This document shows, piece by piece, positions 33,894-46,100 of a stretch of DNA of 64,000 bases (positions within the stretch are counted from its first letter, which is position 1; every line of letters starts with the position of its first letter). The stretch comes from Tubiluchus corallicola (taxonomy: Eukaryota > Animalia > Priapulida), in assembly GCA_030141605.1 (NCBI GenBank), contig JAQGDQ010000265.1:62001-126000 (forward strand). Direction: 5' to 3'. The notes under the pieces are model-generated. The model was given only the letters and a program-made list of their open reading frames with translations. It did no database searches and was not told the DNA's origin. The position numbers were made by a program, and so were the translations under genes.

Positions 33894-34197
33894 ACAAATT
33901 CAAGCTAAAAGAAAGAAAAGTGACTAAACAATCAGCTTTTCAAGTTAGCCACGTGCAAGAGTGTACGTACACGTACAGCCGGTCTTTGGCGTGGGTTGCA
34001 TTGATTGGCCAATGAGAACATTATATGCCACGTGGAACTGTTTACAAGTTTTTCGTTGACGCAAAATCTCGTGTCCTAATCGATCGTAGCATATCCAAAA
34101 TGGTGGACAGTTAAAAACAAATTTTAATTACGGTGACCGAAATTTTCAGTTAACTCGATGGTGTAAAAACAAAGCTTAAACTCTACTTTCACTAATA
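33894..34197. promoter_or_regulatory. Bidirectional (head-to-head) promoter, PPIB / DMXL
   Basis: About 300 nt between divergent start codons; CpG-rich. Contains GCCACGTG at 33948 and 34027, palindromic ATTGGCCAAT (34004-34013), the ERSE and a YY1-like CAAAATGG near 34096. Confidence 0.75.
33990..34008 (-). promoter_or_regulatory. ER stress response element (ERSE-I, CCAAT-N9-CCACG)
   Basis: Plus strand CGTGG-gttgcattg-ATTGG equals minus strand CCAAT-N9-CCACG. Exact consensus, oriented toward PPIB, about 100 nt upstream of its first ATG. Confidence 0.8.
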
Positions 34198-37100
34198 ATG
34201 AACAGACACCAAGTTCTTACTGGTGCTGTGAACTCAGGGGATCACAGTTTTGCAAATGGTAGCATTGAGGGAGTAAATTTTACAGTAAGTAAGCCACCGT
34301 TTGATTTGGCCGTTCGCTAATCATCATTCCAGTTCATTTTAATGACAAGAGTTGTGTGTTTGTGGCCATATCAACCACTGGATCCGGTTATAAAAATTGT
34401 GTCGTAACGGTTTTAATTTCAGATTTGGACGAGCATTTAGATACTGCTAATGTGTGGTAATTTTCAATTTATTGCCCAGTTATGCAATTTGCATCACGTG
34501 CATTGACAAGTACAAGATGAAAAATATACGTGCAAGATTGCAACTACATTATGAAAAATTAACGTACTGCTACTTTTTTTAGTTATACTAGCTATTACAA
34601 GACTGAAAAGTAAATATTTAGGGTCTTTAAATAGTGTTTTGTCGGGGACGGGAAAGGCAATAGTGGTAAAAACACTAATTAATTCTTATTGTCTTCCTAT
34701 TTTGTTGTACGGGTATGAAATTGGTGGCATTTGCACTATATAAGTGAATGTAATTAGAGTAAGTTGGAACTGTGCATGTAGATATTTGACTTTAAACAAA
34801 ACGAAAGTGTAAAACTACTTATGTATTATTGTGGTACCATGCCAACAAATTTTTAGATTGACAGTCATAAATTGTGATTTTTAAGACGAATTCAAAATTT
34901 TAGATCACTTGTTATACCAAAAATGTTGTATTTTATGAAATGCTCAGGTATTGATTTAAGAATAAAGTATGGTTACACTCTTTGCTTTAATTTTAATGTG
35001 AAAACTGAAAAGAAAAGTTAGAAAAGCATTTTATGAATGTGTACATGTAGCATGATGGCGATATGTATATGGATTTCATCATCTTTTGTTTTTTAATTAC
35101 TAACAAATTTTTTTATTGTATTAATTATTTAAATACTAAAACTACATTGCTGTATAAAAATTTTTATACGAATGAAAGATTAATATTATAGGGTGCATTT
35201 ACGCTTACAATTATAATTATCCATCAAAACTGATTGAGAATTTGGTTGTCCCATGATACTGATAGTATTTAGTAATAGTGGGTACTATAATTTATTACAT
35301 CGTTCACAGTGGTTCAAGATATGATTGCATTGCCTTACTTGAACTGAGTCTGAAACTGACCTATCAACCCATAGAGATATCAAACCTGGGGTTTTTTCAA
35401 AAAGTTTAAAAGAAATCTGAGAATCCTTAAAAAACTTAGAGATATTACGTCACGGTTGTTTTGACATCCAATTTGAATGATGTATCAATGTTAACCTACT
35501 ATATCACAGATTAAATTTGAGATCAATAATGACTTGGCTGCTTCAAAATGGCAAAATTTGTGATTTGGGTCAAGATGAACTCATTTGATTTGAAAAAATA
35601 ACATGTGAAAGGGGATTTTAGTTTAATCACTTAGACGTTTTAATTGTTTATTGGTTAATGTAAGTGCTCAACCAATCCCATCACATTCATAGACGTACGG
35701 GGTCCCTGAATTTTGGGGGGGGCAGAGGATTCTTTGCCCGAATTCTTAGAATTTCACTCGATTTTTAGGCCTCCGTTTCAACAAGTACAACCTTATTATG
35801 TTCCAGACAGCGAATACAAAAAGGTGTCATTTCTAATGGCGTAAGACTGAACTCATGAAGCTGATCAACATTATTTATTAGCCATATTGAAATGTAATGC
35901 ACAACACATGATATGGCCAGATATCTTGATAGGCTATGGTTGTTTGATTATGCACAAGCACGTGGATCATTAGGTTTTAAAGATTGTCATTGATTATGGT
36001 ATAAACAGTGTCCTAAGAACCAGAAGTGCGGCAATAACTTCCAGAACAGAACAGTTTACTTCCAGTGAACATTGAATGACTGAGATGACAGAGCAATGGA
36101 CCAGTAAAGAGAAATTATCCATATTTCATGACTGATATACGAATCGGTTACATAATCTGTCAAATCAGCAATCACCTCACAAGATGCATGAATTAAGAAT
36201 GCAGCTATGCACAGACACTTGTCACTTTCTCACGTCGGTCATATTAGCTCAGAAAAAGAATTTATCACGTTTGTTTCGGCGGCCGAATATATCATTTATT
36301 TGCTCCATCTTATTGGCCATTACGCAGTTGATTACCTGACGCTCAATGTTCAGAACGGCTAAGTTAGAGAGACGTGCCTGGCCCATCGTACTTCTCAAGT
36401 ATGTTTTCAAACGGCGAAGGGCACTGAAGGAGCGTTCGGCGGAACAAGACGTTGCTGGAATAGATGCTAAAATTATGACTATCATCGAAAAAGTTGGAAG
36501 TATACACACGATGGAGTGTTCTTGCATGTAATCAACAATCTCAGCTGCAGTTTTGAAATCAGTGCGGTCGTTTTTGAGAAAATTAAGAAAAATTGATTTT
36601 TCCGACAATATAATCCAATACAGGCACACAATGCAGGCAGTGAGTCCAGATCGTAAATAAATAAAGGGCCAGAAATCGGAAAGTACAAAGTCGGTATTTT
36701 GTAAATAATATGACATAATGGGGAATTTGTATTTGATAATCGCTGGCGAACAATCAACGCGCGCGCCGAAGACAGGAAGCGATAAGAGTTTTATAAACAG
36801 ACTTGCAGAGAACCCAGCGACTAGTATATTTTCAATTTTGCGAATGCTAATTGTTTCCAGACCACTCTCACTGTCGGTCCGGGACCGGGAGTCGGCACGG
36901 ACGACGTCTCCTGTGGGATCAAGATTCGGGCATCCAGGTGAATGGCATAAATATCACACTCTCAAGATTCGGGCCATATTTGAATTCCAGGAAAAAATAA
37001 AGCGATGACGATTGAGATCTTAAAAAATATAAAGGGCAGTTCTGCCCGATTTGGGAATCAATTTTGCCCGATTTTTTTTTGAAACCCGAAAATTTGGGGG

Positions 37101-40100
37101 ACGGTCTGGGCCCCCCGCCCCGTACGCCAATGATCACATTGTTTCTGAAATGATCAAACAAACAGTAGTTGATAAACTTATCCACCATGTTTTTTTGTCT
37201 ACTATTACCGTACGACTAATTAATATGTGCATTTGTCCATTTAACTCTGGAACTGAACGGTAAAACTAGTAGATTAATAGCCTTTAAACAACTGATTTAC
37301 AGTTAAGCAGTGCGCCATTGCTGTTTGCTATTCTGTAGAAAATTCTTGCTCAAACATCTGATAAGTTTCTGGTAACACTTGTTAAATACATTGTGCAGTA
37401 AACAAGTGAGAATGTATCAAGGGATGGATTATCTATTTGCATTTTCTAGATGGCATGTAAGTTTGTCAGAATGTAAAAAGAACAAACAATTTAGAAGTTC
37501 ATTGCAGACTTGCTAATAAAAGTGCTTTCATGGACCATTTTATTTCAAGTGGCTAGTTGATCAGGAATAACTAATTTATGTTGTCAAGATCATGATCATT
37601 TTAAGTTAAGGCAGGTGGATAAATGATCTGAGTCACACGCCAGTCAGAGGTCTCCATCCGGACGCAATGCTATCTTTATAGGGGGGAGAGGGTTGTCCAG
37701 TGTAATGAGAGTAGACAGATGATTAGGATATATGGATGTATAACCGACGAGGCTACAAAAGGTCCGTATTTGCCATTGGGGTTTTGTTTTTCGAATCAGG
37801 CCCACCGGGAGAAATGGGTGGTGAAAAACCTCCAAAAAACGCCTTTTGCGGTTTTTTTCGCAAAAATTGCAAAACTTATACCTCTTATTTCTAGAGAACG
37901 GGAACGCGTCGAGGGCGGTGCCAGTAATAGTGGAATAGCCTATTCGACGGTGGGTGTCGTAGTCATATTTAGATTTCGCGGGAGGGCTACGGCGTCCTGT
38001 GACTAGCGTTTTCCTGGACCCAACCATGCAAATTTTGCAGAAAACTGCTCAAATAAGCCTCTAGAAAAACTGAATTTGTGCAACTGTTTGGGTATGTTGG
38101 GAAAAAATCAGCACACTCGCAGAAAGAGGACGAAATGGTCTGCAAAATGTTGAAGGTTTTATTGGGAGAGACGTCCATTAGATGGAACGAGAGGGTGTAT
38201 TTCAAAGTTCTTTTTCAACCCCCCTAAGCTGCTCGCTATTTGGAACATCCATTGTCTTTGAGTTTGAGAAATCTCGCGGCTGTTCCAGGCATTTTTGTCA
38301 CCCGCTGTTCCACAATGTTATAGATTTTACATGTAAGTTCTGTTAGCCTATTATTATCTGAGAAGCAGCAAACAAAACTATGTAGAACGTCCGTGCATTA
38401 TTGATCATTAGTAGACAGACTAAGAGCTTTTATGCGTTTAGAACTAAGAGTTTCGACTTTGTGCAAAATGTTGTGAATGGTTTCGCCGTGATACTGCACT
38501 GTTGGTGTTGGTGCTGTAGGTGTCATCATTGTTGGTGTCATCATCATCATCGCCATCAACATACATGATCACCATGTGATGTGGTGGGTGTTGTGTGGTG
38601 TGCTGGTGGTGGTGGTGTGCTGTGGGTGTTGTGCTGTGGATGGTGTGTGTGATGTTGGTGGAGTAGTGTGGGTGGTGTGGTGGATGTGGTTTAGTGTTGT
38701 GTGGGTGGTGTGGTGTTGATGATGTGGGGTGGTTGATGTGCTGTGGATAATCTGGTGGTGTGGTGTAGTGGTGTGGGTTGTTGTGAGTTTATGCACAAAA
38801 TTTTTTTGCTGGGTTTGGCTAGTTACTTATTAATTTACATCATATATCTTCCAAGTCTGTTAATTCTTTTCTAATTCATTCTTAATTAATTCAGGTGAAG
38901 CTGTAGTGTCTTCAAAACTTTGTCATGACAAGTTTAGTAAATAGTCTGTGGCCTTTTTTTGTTGAGTATGTCCACGTGGAAATCTTTATTAGAAATGTTT
39001 TTGTCTTATAGGCATATGCAGCAGGATGTGATATAGTTATTCTAGCCAGTGATTTTCAGCGGGTGCAGATTATTCCAGGTGCTACTCATGGATATATAGA
39101 AGTAAGCTGTCTAGCCTGTTCCACGGATTATGGAAAGGTAAGTATATTATATTATTCATACAAAATTCCAAATTTTAGCTTTTCACAGTATTATTTGTAC
39201 AAAGGTGCATCGGTAAGAGAAATGAAACACAAGTGTAATTACAAAGTCAACCAAAAAAAACTAAACAAATTTGAGTTTGCTGTCGTTTCCAAACTTTTAT
39301 TTTAATTTTCATGAAATTATTCAAATTACAATTTATGTGCTATAATAAAAGGTTATGAAATAATTAACATTGGGTGTTTAAGAAGTTTACACAATTAGCT
39401 ATTTTTAAAGGCTGTGTTGTCATGTTATGGTCTACAAGTTGTTGTAACTATTATAATGTCAACTGTGGCAATTAACACACATGCACGTGCAGATTAATTA
39501 ACAAACTATTTTTGACAAAATTCTTCAGAAGAATGCCTAATAGCTTATTAGTTGGCTTGTGCTACAGATATATTCTTTAGTGAGGGTTTTCTGATTTTGC
39601 ATTCATTAAATTACGTGCAAATATTAGCTACATTTTCTCTGTCAAGTTTTGCCAGTAGAACCACGTGGGTCTTTGTGTAATTTGGTTGGACGGGCTGACA
39701 GACGATTTTGCAGTGGCTTTAAACTTGTAGCCGTGATTTACCTCTGTCACTTTAATTTATGCAACTTCTGAAAATAACTTCAGCATTTTTACAGTATTTT
39801 ATGTGAAGTGATAAAATTATTATTATTAATATCGACACATTGATTTCAATTTGCACATCTTTTGTATATATTTATATATACATATATGGTGATTTCAATT
39901 TTAGTTTATTTTTTTTGCAAACCTTGCATATTAAGAGAATGAATTAATTTAGAACTTCATCTTTTAACATTTCGCCAACTGAATTTTCTTTTTCATATTT
40001 TCGGAAATACGTTTGTTGATTTCATACTGTCTGACATGGCTATCAATAAAATTTTGATTTTGTTCGCAATTTATTTTGAACTTTTGTATTTTAAATTGCA

Positions 40101-43100
40101 AAACCAGAAATTGTTATTAGTTTTACATTTTTCAGATAGCTGCTGTGTATCTTAACACCGTTTGTATATTTGAACCTACTCCACTACTCCACCACGACTC
40201 TCCACATGTAAGTAATTTGGATATATATTTACATTTCACTTTTAAATCAAAATAACTTATATTTTGATACAGATATTCGTATCAAATGACAAAGTGCTGA
40301 CGACATTGTTGATCATTGTTAGGTACTGTTGTAAGAGAACAATGCTTATTCTGTTAGGGCACAGTGTCTACCATACACCATAGTGGCCCTTAGGTGTGAG
40401 GCTCCTGGCTAACTGGCTAAGTATACTAAAAGAAGCCAAACTCTAACCTCAAATGGCCTGTTGCTTTACGGTTATTGGATGGGATTCTGTTGTAGCAAAC
40501 TTCCCGTCCCTTGGAAAATCATTAAATAGCAGGCAGGAATGGAGGCAGCCTCATATATTTTTTGATCATTTTTGATATTTTTGGTATTAATATTTGATTC
40601 AATGGTACCTGTTGCAGCTCTTGTCACTGAATTTGTTTTGGTTGCTGCAGAGAATAGGACCTGAATCAAGTGTGTGCTGGCAGCCCGGGGTTCCTCTTAA
40701 AAGGCAGCTATAGCCATGACTCTAATCTGCTGCCTCTAATTTGTAGTCTCATTGTCCCTGAATGTTTCATGTAAGCATAGGACATATCACATCACAAGTC
40801 GTAGGTCTCATTAGCATGTTTGATGTTATTCGAGGCAGAGTGTCATGCAGACTTTGGGGATATTCTTTTTTACGCCACTTTTTTGAGACGAGAGTAAAAG
40901 AAGAAGAAAGAGAAGAACATTGAAGACTGTTAGAGCAGTAAAGAAAATTTAAATAAATATATTATAGTTAAAATGTCGTTTTTTCATTGGATTATAAGCA
41001 GCTACTTTGCATGTTGTTAATTTTCCAGAAACTAGATTATGAATGGTTTCAAACGGCTGTCATTACGGCTGACTCAGAGATTTCTAATGTTTGCTGGAAT
41101 ACCGATGGTAAGTCTATTCATGAATAAAACAGTGAGCCACAAATAGAATACAAATGATTTCAAATTTTTCCGTTATTCAGTTTTCGATTACATTTCCATT
41201 TTGACTGAAAATTTTCTATTAGTTAGAATTTGATTTCAATTTTTGCCTGAAAAAGACTATTTTCAAATTATACGGCTATGTTTCTTGGATTGGTCGTCAG
41301 TATATTTATCCATAACTAGCTGTGCACTGTCACTTTGCACACACTAAGAGTATTAGAATTTTTGGCGCTCCTGGTGAAAAATTTTTGCTCCGAACTTGTG
41401 TCATTTTTCTTATACAGTGATTTGACAGCACATTATTAGGAGAAATCTTTAGCATACGTGCGCTTGTGTTAAGGAAGATAATGTATCTTGCTATTAAGCA
41501 ATGGTGCGAAGTTAAAAACAAAAAAATCCAATTTTTAATTGCAACAGCTGTGCTTTTCTGTGTTGTTTCGATTTTCAACAATCGTATGTTGATTTGATAG
41601 TTGTGCAACAATAGTTCGCAGTCTAGCTACAAGAAAATTGTACACAGCTAATTTTGTCTTTCGGTTGAGCAATTAACTATTTATACTATGTGTTTAGGCA
41701 AAAACTATATTAATATCAAGTATGAAATAGTTTCATAGTGCAAGTGGAGAAAAATGTATATTTAAGACTACCTTTTCCAATCATTTACCCCATACTTTTA
41801 CAAAAAATTGTTAAGGTATGATAATTATCGTTTGATCACAAAAAATGCTTAAAGACAGATTTGCGTAATGCCAAAGCTTCAAATAAGATTACATGGGAAA
41901 GGATCATAGCTTTATTTTTTTAATGTTTACTGTGACTGCCATATATGGTAGGCCTGTGACTGCACAATGTTACTTTCTAAATTAATCTCAATTAAAAGTT
42001 CTCCTTTGGCATTGTGACAATTATATTGCTTGTGCGTAGTATATATGTAGCTTTTTATAGCAATACTAATAGAGCTATACTCCGTAAATCCATAACAATG
42101 CTTAAACAACATTTTAGTATTTCCAGTGCTTCTGCACGTATAGATGTGTTTACCTATCTGTTTCTCAGTTGATAGTCTATTAATTTCCATTCAGGCACTA
42201 GGCTACTAACAGGTGGTGACACCATCCAATTATGGGCTTTCGAAGAAAAAGCCATTAGCGAGGTGTCTCTGGGCACTGGCGGTGGTCTAGCAGCTGGGTT
42301 TCAGTCATCGCCAGGAGTCTCTAATTCCACAGCAATACACACAGTGTTTCCTCGCGAAAACTCTGTGTCATTTAGTTTAGGAGGCGGTGAAGATGATGAT
42401 CAAGAGGAACCAGAGCCTGAGCCAGAACAGCTGCCGCAGTGGAAGTGTATATGGCAATGCAGGTGTGGCTAAAATGCCAGTTTTGCTTTTTCAAGCTTTT
42501 GCTACTATTTCTAAATGAGTTAACAAAAATGTATGCAGCAGTCAAAAGAACTTCAGCTATAATAACAATATATGGCACTGACTATTTTTCATCATTTTGA
42601 TAGGCTGATTTGCAGCAATATGCTGGTATATTTAAGATCAACATATTAGTTTCTGCTTATATTATTTTATGGAAGTGACATACATTTTTTCACTTACCTA
42701 GTTTTACTTCGTCTTTCTTTGACTTTACTACATGCATTCATTGTATTACAGTGGAACGTATAGCTAAGCTATGTGTTTATTATTTTCTTCATGGTTTTTA
42801 ATGTGCTGCTTATATTGCGTATTCTATGTTGTTTTTCCTGTTTTTTTTGCAATTTGTTATAATGCGTACTATATTTTACTGTATAATGTGTAAACAGTAT
42901 TGCTTGGTGATTAATTGACTACAAGGTCTTCCTTGCTACATCTCAATTTTTTTTCCATGTTCCATTGCAAATTCAGAATTTCAGAAAACAAAAGATATAT
43001 ACCAAAAGTACAAGTCCTGTGTTTATGTGCTAACTAATAAATTGTATAATTATTATATTAACATGTTGCTGGCAAGGAAAATTTTATCAAGAAAGAAGTT

Positions 43101-46100
43101 GGTTTGCATTACTTTTGAATCAGTGATCCATATACTATTAAATTCCTTTAGTTGCACTTGAATTAGTTTAATTAGTTTTAGGCCAGTTACTAATAAACTC
43201 AAGTAAACTAAGCACAGTTCTTTCTGTTTAATTTTAGCGTTTTAGTAATGGTAATGCTAGAGCATCATAATCACATTGCGATGCTCAATTTATTTTACAG
43301 AACATCTGCAAAGATTGCTCATTTGGAATTTTCCCCGGACGGTTTACTGTTTGCATCAGCAGCTGAGGATGATCGCCTGGTGAAAGTGTGGTATGAGAAC
43401 AAGCAAGGTATGCTGACGAAAGACATTTAATTAAATTACTGCTGGCTCTAGTGCTCTTGGAGCAGTTTTATTTGCTCACTGGCAGTTTGAAAATTTCCCA
43501 AGTGTGTGGTGGCATTGATTTTCTTGATTTTGATTGAGTATTGCGGAAAGTTTATGACGTTATTCTTAGTCGGCGGTGTTGTCTTGCATTATCGTGTAAG
43601 ACTAGAGTGGATGACAGTCAAGATTATAATGGAATGAGTTGCACATTTTATTAGTCATTTTATTAGACTTTGATATCTGCATTTTTACCTGGGTCAACTT
43701 GTGTTTTACTTTATTTTTCAGTTTCATTCTGTAATCAGCCAGAACACACACATAGTGCCACAGATGAAGTAGTTTTCTATTCGTATGTCTATTTAGCCCA
43801 TCCACGAGCAGTTACTGGTTTTTCTTGGAGACAAACCAGTAAATTTATGCCGAGGTACTGTCACTAGTTTTTTATCTATTCATAATGGTTAGTGTACTTT
43901 GCTGTTGTTGATATTGAAAAAAATAGCCTTCTGCCTCTAAATCAGCAGTATTGCATTTTAGTACTGCATCTAAAAACTATAAAAACATTAAAATAACCTG
44001 ATTGCATTCAGTATTGAGGAAGTTGTACTCATCTATAAAGTACATGATTTACTTTTGTGTCCAAGTATCAAATATTATTTAGGGTGTTTGACTAAAGTAC
44101 TTGAATCCAAGACCATTGGAATCATGACAGATTGTTGTAAAAAATTTTAGAGAAAACTGGACTGTTCGATTTATTTACAGGGGGTCCGTAGCAAACATGT
44201 TGGTTACTTCATGCAAGGATGATATATGTAGAATTTGGGTAGAAACAATCCTGCCAGATGATGGCCTTGTTGATCTTGCACAGTTTGACCCTCTGGTCCG
44301 CCAAAAGCTCAAATATCAGACTCATCGACAGAAGCACAGGATAGTACAGCGATTAAAACATATCAAGTATGCTTTAACATGCTTTTGCCTAGCTCTGCCC
44401 TGTCATTTTTTGCAAGTAGATTCAATTTTTAAATTTTACTTCATTGTAATATAAACTAGAGGTAAAAACTTGAAAATACTGTCAAGTTATTTTAAATCTT
44501 CACAACTTTTTGTAGAAGTCGTAGTTTAGTTAATGTTTAAGTTCTTGGGCCTTATAATTGTCATTTTGCCTTGATCAAGAAAGTTAAAGGCACTTATTTG
44601 TGATCAAGAAAGTTAAAGGCACTTATTTGAGGTTTTATGCTTATTTGCACTTAACATTCTGATGGCATATACCAGTCTAGTAAACAAATGCAGACGTGCA
44701 TCTGTGGAGGGCTATAAACTATGTATATCATTATAGGTGATATGGATAGATTGTAAAATAATGTCTTGTACAATCACGGAACAGTCCTTCTATGTACAAC
44801 TAAGGCGAAAAGTTTTTCCTTCTTGCGAGAACACGTGTAGACAGTGAAGTGTATAATTTTTGAATTAAGCCCCGAAAAATTGTTTCTCGTTTATTTTTAA
44901 AAAAGTAAAGCTGACAGGCAAATTCCATGTAATGCGTAGGCCTACTGCTATTTTTTTTCAAATCGATGCTATATTAATTTTTTTGATTCTGCAGAAAAAT
45001 TAGCTGAAAATTCAAGACTGCGTGCTGTGAATTTTGTTTAAGTGTGAACCAGTTTTTGCAAATTTGATGAGTTTCTCTAATTTGGAATGCTGTACATAGT
45101 TAGCATTTATTATTATAAGTAAAACTATAGCAGGCTTCGTAGAGCTTGAGAAAATCTACAGAATGGTATAAAGTTTGTATGTTTAGTACGTTTCCAAAAA
45201 ATATACTAACACTTAAGAAGTGATGTTTTTACACAATCATTATAGAAATCGATATTTTTTAACTTGTTTCTTCTAAGTGTTAAATGCAGTGCTTGTAATT
45301 TAGGCGTTCGTTTCATGCTCATCGGAGTCGCAGGCAGCAGCGAGCATCACTGGCGGGACTTGGTGGGAATATGGGCATTGGTATGTTGCCTCGCATACCA
45401 ACTGTACCAAGCCTGCAGAGTGTGCACGACTTCCACAAATTTGGTGTACATTCGACTGGTGTTCAGCCTGGCTTCCACTTTCATTTGGCTGCTAGCATCA
45501 ACCCGGCAACAGGTATTGCCTAGTCCTAGGATACTGAATGCCTCGTTGTTTATTCTTTTATTGATGCGCTTCTAACTTTTGCGTGTATTATTCTGGTGTT
45601 TGTACTAGTAGCTAATATATAATATATAATTTGCCATGATATATTATTTGAAACGACGAAAAGCATACCATTATTCGATTTTGTCCGAGTTTGTCTCATT
45701 TCGTATAGGAAATAATACATCCTGAATTATTACTTTTGCATTGTAACTTTTATTTGTATATCTCCAAGTCATCATGTATGGTTGCTATGATTTTTTTTAT
45801 CTCTCTCAATCAAATTAAAATTGCAGTCACATTCCCTGCCGAACAATCTACCCAAAGGTTTCAGGTTTGCCTTTCTAGCAGGGATATCTTTAATCTATCT
45901 TGATGCAACGGTCACTTTCAGTTTTACATGGTACTGAAAAAAATCCCAATAGACTTTTCCTGTGGAAGATAGTAATTTTTGACATTCAGTTGATGTGTTT
46001 TGCTTTATAGACATTCCTCTAGGCCCGATTAACACCTGTGATGAATCTGTGTCATTCCACGTTCACTGGCTGGACAACAAGGAGCTGCATTTTACTGTAG

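Noticed and set aside
38569-38796. His/Thr-rich 75-aa ORF
   Set aside because: Translation of a low-complexity GT-rich repeat.
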